Under the pieces are notes generated by a model, which was not told the origin of the DNA, did no database searches, and saw only the letters and a program-made list of their open reading frames with translations. 64,000 nucleotides of DNA from Candidatus Limnocylindrales bacterium. GTDB taxonomy: Bacteria; Chloroflexota; Limnocylindria; Limnocylindrales; CSP1-4. This document shows, piece by piece, positions 32,987 through 38,257 of the stretch; the first letter of the stretch is position 1; each line of letters opens with the position of its first letter. The stretch is from the NCBI GenBank assembly GCA_038248915.1, contig JBBRXB010000004.1:13271-77270 (forward strand), read 5' to 3'. Made by a program: the position numbers and the translations under genes.

Positions 32987-33183
32987 GGCCTCGGCGAGCG
33001 CGTCGTCGGAAGAGCGGCCCCCCGCGCTCCGCCCCGGAGGAACGATCTCGGGCATGGCCTGACCAGCCCACTCCGGGGGCGACGCGGTCCAAGGAGTCGA
33101 GCAAGGGTCGCCGCCCGAACCGCACGGAACGGACGTAGGACTCCGTGTTCATGCCGTTCCCGCTCCTCCCAGCGCCAACTCGC

Positions 33184-33213
33184 TTGACGACCGCGGCCGC
33201 GCCATGCTATATC
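33184..33213 (+). promoter_or_regulatory. Candidate promoter of the three-gene cassette
   Basis: TTGACG (33184-33189), 18-nt spacer, TATATC (33208-33213). Confidence 0.3.
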
Positions 33214-33349
33214 GAGCTCATCAATCCGTCACGCCACCATACCGGCGGCGACGGCCAACATGGCAAGACCGCGCGGTCGTGCGTGTGGACGATATGCGGG
33301 TCGAACATGAGCTGGCACGGCCCGCAGATGGAACGGAGTAGTGGAGTCC

Positions 33350-33964
33350 ATGAGTGAACCGGAACCGAGCAAGGAGTCGGTCGCCGACATCCTTGCCGAA
33401 GCCATTGCCGCCGTGAATGCGGCCGGTGTCCCAGCCGAGCTGAAGGAGGCGGCCTTCTCAAAGGCGGTCGATGTCATCATGGCGAGGCGTACGGCCGAGA
33501 CGGCCGGCAGCATGGGGACGGCGGGCGTTGCCCATGCCCCGGCCGTCACGCCCGGCGCGACGGCGCTCACCGAGGGGGACGTGGTCGGACTCATCGCCGC
33601 TCGGCTCCGCCTCGACCGCGAGGTGGTCGGCGAGGTGTTCGATGAGACGGACGGGAAGCTCGACGTCATCGTGCCGCCGCGCAAACTGGCCGCGGGCAAG
33701 GCTCCCGCCGTAAAGCAGCTTGCCCTCCTTGTGGCCTCAGCCCGGCAGGCTGCGGGCATCGAGGAGTGGACGGACGCCGACGACATCCGCCAGTTCGTGG
33801 AGGAGTTCAAGAGGTACGACCAGGCCAACTTCGCATCGACACTCAAGCAGATGGACGACATCTTCCGTATCAAGCAGACGGGACGCAAGATCACCGTCAG
33901 GTTGGGGCGGCCCGGTTGGGACCGGGCGGCCGAGCTGGTCACCACGCTCGCGGGGGAGGGATAA
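33350..33964 (+). CDS. Cassette protein 1, unknown function (C-terminal winged-helix-like module)
   Basis: ATG 33350 with GGAG 11 nt upstream; the track ORF begins at 33341. 204 aa. C-terminus ..KQMDDIFRIKQTGRKITVRLGRPGWDRAAELV. Confidence 0.6.
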   Translation: MSEPEPSKESVADILAEAIAAVNAAGVPAELKEAAFSKAVDVIMARRTAETAGSMGTAGVAHAPAVTPGATALTEGDVVGLIAARLRLDREVVGEVFDETDGKLDVIVPPRKLAAGKAPAVKQLALLVASARQAAGIEEWTDADDIRQFVEEFKRYDQANFASTLKQMDDIFRIKQTGRKITVRLGRPGWDRAAELVTTLAGEG

Positions 33965-33966
33965 CC

Positions 33967-34629
33967 ATGACGGACGAGACGAAGGCTACGGCCTCGGTCG
34001 TCGCCGAGCCCGACGATGACGACGCCGAGCTTGAGGCGATGGGCGCGATCACGAAGGCGCTCAAGCCGCTGACGCCGGCTACGCGGCAGCGCGTCATCGG
34101 TTGGGCTGCCGGCAAGTACGGCGCGGCTATCGCGTCAGCAGCGACCGGACTTCCTGGTCTTGCAGTCGGCGGACTCGGCGGCCGGGCCGCTTCGGAGTTG
34201 CCCGTCGCGGCCAAGAAGCGGCGCAAGACGGTCCGAAAGAACGGCGTCGGGGCCGTCGCGCCTGCGGTCGGCAACAAGCCGAAGGGAGCGCCGGGTCACG
34301 ACAAGACCCTGAACCTCCACCCGGCGGACAGGCAGTCGTTCAAAGACTTCGTGGGCGAGAAGAAGCCGCGGGACAACTTCGTGGAGCACAACGTCGTGGC
34401 GGTCTACTGGCTGGGGCAGACTGCCGAGATCACGGACGTGACGACGGACATGGTCTTCACGTGCTATCGGGGCGTGTCGTGGAAGCTCCCGGGCGATCTT
34501 CGGAACAGCCTCGCCAAGACGGCCCACGACAAAGGCTGGCTGGACACGAAGGACTCCGACGACATCAAGATCACACCATCAGGGCTGAACTTCGTTGAAC
34601 GTGACCTCCCGCCGAAGACCAAGGCGTAG
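33967..34629 (+). CDS. Cassette protein 2, unknown function (acidic N-terminus, basic KKRRK linker, C-terminal winged-helix-like module)
   Basis: ATG 33967, 2 nt after the upstream TAA. 220 aa. C-terminus NSLAKTAHDKGWLD..IKITPSGLNFVERDL. Confidence 0.65.
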   Translation: MTDETKATASVVAEPDDDDAELEAMGAITKALKPLTPATRQRVIGWAAGKYGAAIASAATGLPGLAVGGLGGRAASELPVAAKKRRKTVRKNGVGAVAPAVGNKPKGAPGHDKTLNLHPADRQSFKDFVGEKKPRDNFVEHNVVAVYWLGQTAEITDVTTDMVFTCYRGVSWKLPGDLRNSLAKTAHDKGWLDTKDSDDIKITPSGLNFVERDLPPKTKA

Positions 34630-35443
34630 GCGCCCTGCGGTCGCCATCGCGGCGGCCGCCCCGACCACGCCGACGATCACTCCGGCGACCGCGCTCGTTG
34701 CGGTCCCGCCGTCGCTGCGCGACCCCTTGATCGCCGCGCTCAACGAAATCGCCACGAACTTCGCCGCTCACAAGTGGGAGCCGTCCGAGTTGAACGGGGG
34801 CAAGCTCTGCGAGACGGCCTACACCATCCTCCGAAGCCATGTGGACGGGACATGGGCCGCCAAGCCGAACAAACCGCGTGACTTCGTGACCGCGTGTCGC
34901 GACTTCGAGAACGCGGACAAGACGAAGTTCCCGCAGTCTGTTCGGGTCACGACTCCACGCTTGCTGATGGCGCTCTACGAGATCCGCAACAACCGCGGCG
35001 TTGGCCACGCCGGTGGCGACGTAGACGCCAACCACATGGACGCCACTCTCGTGTTGACCGGGGCGAAGTGGGTCGTCGCGGAGTTGATCCGCATCTTCCA
35101 CGGCGTGACTACGGCGGAGGCGACGGCCATAGTTGACGCACTTGTCGAGCGGGTCGTCCCGACCATCTGGACCATTGGTGCAACCCGTCGGGTGCTAGCA
35201 ACCGGCCTGTCGATGAAGGACAAGACCCTGCTCTTGCTCTACGCGTCGGCGGATTGGGTCAGCGAAGCGGACCTCGTCGGCGCCATCGAGCACTCGAACG
35301 CCTCCGTCTACCGACGAGATGTACTCGCGACGGCCCACAAGGACCGGCTCATCGAGTACGAAGCCACGAACCGCCGGGCGCACATCAGCCCGCTGGGTGT
35401 GGACTACGTGGAGAAGCGACTCGGGGCGCACCTCGTCGCCTAA
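34595..35443 (+). CDS. Cassette protein 3: HEPN-like (Abi_C/AbiJ-type RNxxGxxH motif) N-domain + winged-helix C-domain
   Basis: LMALYEIRNNRGVGHAGG (motif at 34985-35008). C-terminus VLATAHKDRLIEY..AHISPLGVDYVEKRL parallels cassette protein 2. Start uncertain (TTG 34595, GTG 34601 or a later TTG). The TAA stop overlaps the attR 13-mer. Confidence 0.6.
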   Translation: MNVTSRRRPRRRRPAVAIAAAAPTTPTITPATALVAVPPSLRDPLIAALNEIATNFAAHKWEPSELNGGKLCETAYTILRSHVDGTWAAKPNKPRDFVTACRDFENADKTKFPQSVRVTTPRLLMALYEIRNNRGVGHAGGDVDANHMDATLVLTGAKWVVAELIRIFHGVTTAEATAIVDALVERVVPTIWTIGATRRVLATGLSMKDKTLLLLYASADWVSEADLVGAIEHSNASVYRRDVLATAHKDRLIEYEATNRRAHISPLGVDYVEKRLGAHLVA

Positions 35444-35470
35444 TACGACCAAGTGGACGCGAAACCCAGG
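35442..35470. repeat. attR of the 12.3-kb element
   Basis: AATACGACCAAGT-ggacgcgaaa-CCCAGG. Mirror image of attL: 13-mer, 10-nt spacer, core. Confidence 0.75.
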
Positions 35471-35561
35471 CGACGACGGGATGGTACTCCGAGCGCTCCT
35501 TGCCGCCACCGATGAACTCATTGCTCGCCACGGTGAACGTCGTCATTGACTCAGTTACCCC
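35465..35561 (-). pseudogene. ssb: ssb paralogue, middle piece (codons 29-60)
   Basis: Minus strand reads G-VTESMTTFTVASNEFIGGGKERSEYHPVVAW. Bounded by ACCCC (35557-35561) and CCCAGG (35465-35470). An in-frame TGA lies just upstream at 35571-35573. Confidence 0.75.
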
Positions 35562-36847
35562 ATCGGTACATCATGTCGGCGTGAGACGAGCCGTCGCGTA
35601 TCTCCGCAAGTCGAGGGTTGACCCGGGCACGCGTGACGCGTCATGGGAGACCCAGGAGGCCAAGGTTCGCGCCTTGGCCGCCCGCCACGGGGACACCGAC
35701 CTTGAGCTAATGAGTGATTGGGGTCGGTCTGGACGGGGAGAGAAGACCCGTCTACGACCCGAGTATCGGCGCCTCCGGGGGATGATCGAGGCAGATGAGG
35801 TATCCGTCCTCTACAGCTACAGTCTGAGCCGGCTGGCGCGGTCACTCACAGAGTACGCATCGCTCGCCGAGTTGTGCCGGGAGCACGGTGTCCAGGTTCG
35901 GCTCGACAAAGAGGGGGAATTCGACTACGGCTCAGCGTCCGGTCGATTCACGGTCGGCATCTTGGCGTTGCTTGCCCAAATGGAAGCTGAATTGGCGCAG
36001 GAGCGCGCACGCGACACCGTCCAGGCGCGGCGTGCCCGCGGCGATCACATTGGGTCAGCCGGCTACGGGAAACGCCTCCACAACGGAACGTTAGAGGATG
36101 ATCCGCGCGAGAGCGTCGAAGTCGTGGCGGCTGCGTATCGGGAGGCCGGAGGATTCGCCGGGGCCGCCCGCATCTTGAACACCAAAGAGGTGCGTTCGAA
36201 GTTCGGCAAGAAGTGGAGCGGGACCACGGTCCGCCGCGTCCTAACCACCGCGGCGCCTCAGGAGTTGGCGGGACGGCCCGTGGAGGCCCGTGTCAAGCAG
36301 CGCGGCACGTTCACGCTGTCACGCATTCTCCGTTGTCCCTGCGGGCAGATCATGACCGGGCGACACGGCCGCGGCTCCCGCAAATACGGACTCTACGGCC
36401 CCTACGCGAGCTACCAATGCTACCGGGGCCGATACGAGTCGAACCACCCGCGGCCATACATGGTCAGCGAACGCGAGATCTTGCCGTGGGTTGTGGCCGA
36501 GGCCGACCGACTCCGCGTACCACATCACAAGTTCGATTCCGACGCCGATCCGGATCGGCGGACGGCTCTGGAAGAACGACGCAGACGCGTTATCGACAAC
36601 TACGAGGACGGTGTGATCGAGAAGTCCGAACGCGATGCAAAGCTCGCGGCGATCATCACCGAGCTGGAAGGTCTCGCGGCCGCCGAGCGTGCCGACGTCA
36701 TCCCGCCAACGATCGATTGGACGTGGGAGCCGGCCATCATCAACGAGGTATTGCGAGCGCTCTGGAACGTTGTGGAACTCGGGCCCGACCTCCGCCCAGT
36801 CCGCGCGACCTGGTTGGTGCCGGAGTGGCGAGCGTGAGACCCACCCC
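35557..36847. mobile_element. 1.29-kb insertion consisting only of a large serine recombinase gene
   Basis: Identical ACCCC at 35557-35561 and 36843-36847, in the same codon phase of ssb. 1286 bp between equivalent positions. The LSR ORF fills 35581-36837. Confidence 0.65.
35581..36837 (+). CDS. Large serine recombinase (second paralogue)
   Basis: GTG 35581 is the first start inside the insertion. VAYLRKSR catalytic Ser, YSYSLSRLARS, GSASGRF. Zinc ribbon CPCGQIMTG..YQCYRGR. 418 aa. Colinear with the first LSR by eye. Confidence 0.85.
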   Translation: MRRAVAYLRKSRVDPGTRDASWETQEAKVRALAARHGDTDLELMSDWGRSGRGEKTRLRPEYRRLRGMIEADEVSVLYSYSLSRLARSLTEYASLAELCREHGVQVRLDKEGEFDYGSASGRFTVGILALLAQMEAELAQERARDTVQARRARGDHIGSAGYGKRLHNGTLEDDPRESVEVVAAAYREAGGFAGAARILNTKEVRSKFGKKWSGTTVRRVLTTAAPQELAGRPVEARVKQRGTFTLSRILRCPCGQIMTGRHGRGSRKYGLYGPYASYQCYRGRYESNHPRPYMVSEREILPWVVAEADRLRVPHHKFDSDADPDRRTALEERRRRVIDNYEDGVIEKSERDAKLAAIITELEGLAAAERADVIPPTIDWTWEPAIINEVLRALWNVVELGPDLRPVRATWLVPEWRA

Positions 36848-36931
36848 GATGGGTGTATAATGCCACTCTATCTGCCCGCGTCGCGCGACCCATCTGATGG
36901 GACTAACCGTCGGACCAGCGATTGGACCCAC
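36843..36931 (-). pseudogene. ssb: ssb paralogue, 5' piece (codons 1-29)
   Basis: GTG 36931, then MGPIAGPTVSPIRWVARRGQIEWHYTPIG-V. The ..YTPxG matches the SSB beta1-beta2 region. The N-terminal similarity is weak. Confidence 0.6.
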
Positions 36932-36963
36932 GCGGTCAACGGAACAAAGCTCGGTCAGGTCGT

Positions 36964-37012
36964 GACCCGGTTTCTTTAGGCGAACTGTGTTCGCCCGCGA
37001 GAAAGCCGGGTC
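36964..37012. promoter_or_regulatory. Nested imperfect palindrome between the ssb start and the divergent small gene
   Basis: GACCCGG-TTTCT-..-GGCGAAC-tgt-GTTCGCC-..-AGAAA-GCCGGGTC. Ends 5 nt before the ATG at 37018. Confidence 0.4.
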
Positions 37013-37017
37013 TCTTC

Positions 37018-37266
37018 ATGAATCGAGAACCTAAACACGTTCGGGACCTACAGCGGCAAGGCGGGAGGGAGGGGGCGAGGCGACGTTGGGGCTCGCACGT
37101 GCCTCAAACGGTCAGGATGGGTGATCTCAGCTCCGAGCAGCGGCGTCTGGTCGTCGCCCTCATCGAGGCAGCACGCGCCTCGCGAGCAGAGGCCGCCTCG
37201 GCGACCATTGAGACGGCCGAGACGGCCGAGACGGAGGGTCACGGCAATGACCGCCCGACAGACTGA
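37018..37266 (+). CDS. Small hypothetical protein
   Basis: 82 aa: MNREPKHV..GDLSSEQRRLVVALIEAARASR. Contains a 9-bp tandem repeat (gagacggcc) encoding ETAETAETE. Start uncertain. Confidence 0.45.
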   Translation: MNREPKHVRDLQRQGGREGARRRWGSHVPQTVRMGDLSSEQRRLVVALIEAARASRAEAASATIETAETAETEGHGNDRPTD

Positions 37267-37531
37267 GGCTAGCAGACAGCACGTCGGTCGCTTCGAGCAG
37301 ACCTGCCCGGCTTGCGGGATCTCGGAAGGCGCTGGTTCGTATTGCACGTCCTGCCTGTGCCCGATTTCCGCGGTTCACTGGCACGCCGCGATCCGCTCGG
37401 CTAGGCAGATTGCCACTACTGAGTGGATGACGGCTCACAGACCAAGGATTCGCCGAGAGCCGGGGCCTACAGCCCACAAGCCTCGGACTCGCACGCCTGC
37501 GATCCCGCGCCGCCAGAGGCATCGTCGATGA
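37247..37531 (+). CDS. Small zinc-ribbon protein
   Basis: 94 aa. CPACG..CTSCLC. Overlaps both neighbours (operon-like). Confidence 0.45.
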   Translation: MTARQTEASRQHVGRFEQTCPACGISEGAGSYCTSCLCPISAVHWHAAIRSARQIATTEWMTAHRPRIRREPGPTAHKPRTRTPAIPRRQRHRR

Positions 37532-37785
37532 GCATCAAATTGATCAGCCGTGCCTGGGAGGTGAACGGGATCAGCATGGCCGCGAAATTGCTCCTGATTG
37601 CTCTGGCGGACCACGCCCACGACGACGGCGGGAGCTGCTACCCGTCCTCCCAAAGGTTGGCAAATCGTCTCGGTTGCTCACGGCGGCACATCTGGACCCT
37701 ACTCCAAGAGCTCGAGCGGGCCGGCCTCGTGGCCAGACGTTCGGGAGGCCATCGCTCGACCAACCAGTACACCTTGCGGCTTTGA
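37528..37785 (+). CDS. Helix-turn-helix protein (HTH_36/DnaD-like; replication or regulatory)
   Basis: ATG overlaps the upstream TGA. 85 aa. AKLLLIALADHAHDDGGSCYPSSQRLANRLGCSRRHIWTLLQELERAGLV. Confidence 0.65.
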   Translation: MSIKLISRAWEVNGISMAAKLLLIALADHAHDDGGSCYPSSQRLANRLGCSRRHIWTLLQELERAGLVARRSGGHRSTNQYTLRL

Positions 37786-37795
37786 AACGCCGAGC

Positions 37796-37897
37796 TGTCA
37801 CGTGACAACAAGGTGACAGTAGGAACGGCAGTTCCTGCCGCTACCAAACGACAGTTCCTACTCACTGGGAGCCCCGGTTCCCACCCTTAGTAGGAAT
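37796..37897. repeat. Iteron-like repeat cluster plus 12-bp palindrome (candidate origin or operator array)
   Basis: TGTCACGTGACA (37796-37807). AGTAGGAAC (37818-37826) and its complement GTTCCTACT (37854-37862). AGTAGGAAT (37889-37897). CAGTTCCT twice (37829-37836, 37852-37859). Confidence 0.5.
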
Positions 37898-38257
37898 GTG
37901 AGTGCCCGCCAACCAATAGAACCGCAAATGAACCGTTATTAGCCGTCGGGTCCGGTTCCGGAGTCTTGGGACTCCGTCACCGGATGAATGGTCGGAGGAT
38001 GAACTGGAAATCCTCGGGATTCGACGGACCTTGGAACAGCAGACCTCGAATCGTCTAGGGGCATGGTGTCATGACCCAGCCGATCGTACCGAGAACACAT
38101 TCTCAACCTCGTCGTCGTAGTGGTTGATAACCTCGATCGCGACCCCGCCCGCTATTGGCTCGGCGCCGATCCGCTCCGGGGTTGTCATCCGGCCTCGAGT
38201 CGCATCCTCAAGCTCCGACCACGCATCTGAGGGGGCTACACTGACTGGCCACGGAGG

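Larger units (their letters stand above)
23139..35470. mobile_element. 12.3-kb integrated element (LSR-type, satellite- or mobilisable-island-like) inserted in ssb
   Basis: Bounded by identical CCCAGG cores. Each core lies 10 bp from a perfect 13-bp inverted repeat. The flanks are colinear halves of one ssb ORF. The LSR gene sits at the left end. Confidence 0.8.

Noticed and set aside
32780-33152. Minus-strand ORFs 32874..33152 and 32780..33055 in the spacer after the HNH gene.
   Set aside because: They overlap the HNH gene 3' end antisense and run through the C10/G10 tract. The translations are Arg/Gly-rich with no motifs.
35254-35580. N-terminal extension of the second LSR in track ORF 35254..36837, including ATG 35512.
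   Set aside because: It would start inside cassette gene 3 or the ssb middle piece, outside the 1.29-kb insertion. GTG 35581 gives an N-terminus (VRRAVAYLRKS) colinear with the first LSR. ATG 35512 cannot be fully excluded.
35579-36840. The 9-bp direct repeat GCGTGAGAC at the start and stop codons of the second LSR, considered as the true element boundary.
   Set aside because: Deleting between these repeats leaves an in-frame stop in ssb on the minus strand (..PIGVGLTPT*). Deleting between the ACCCC cores restores the ORF. The repeat is kept as an observation only.
36955-36975. Minus-strand frame reading NRVTT*, which looked like the classic SSB N-terminus (NRVxL).
   Set aside because: It terminates after five codons. 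It is also out of frame and out of position relative to the YTPIG-containing piece that joins cleanly to the rest of ssb.
37209-37235. Tandem 9-bp repeat gagacggcc, three copies.
   Set aside because: It lies inside a probable coding region and simply encodes ETAETAETE. It is too short to call a structured repeat element.
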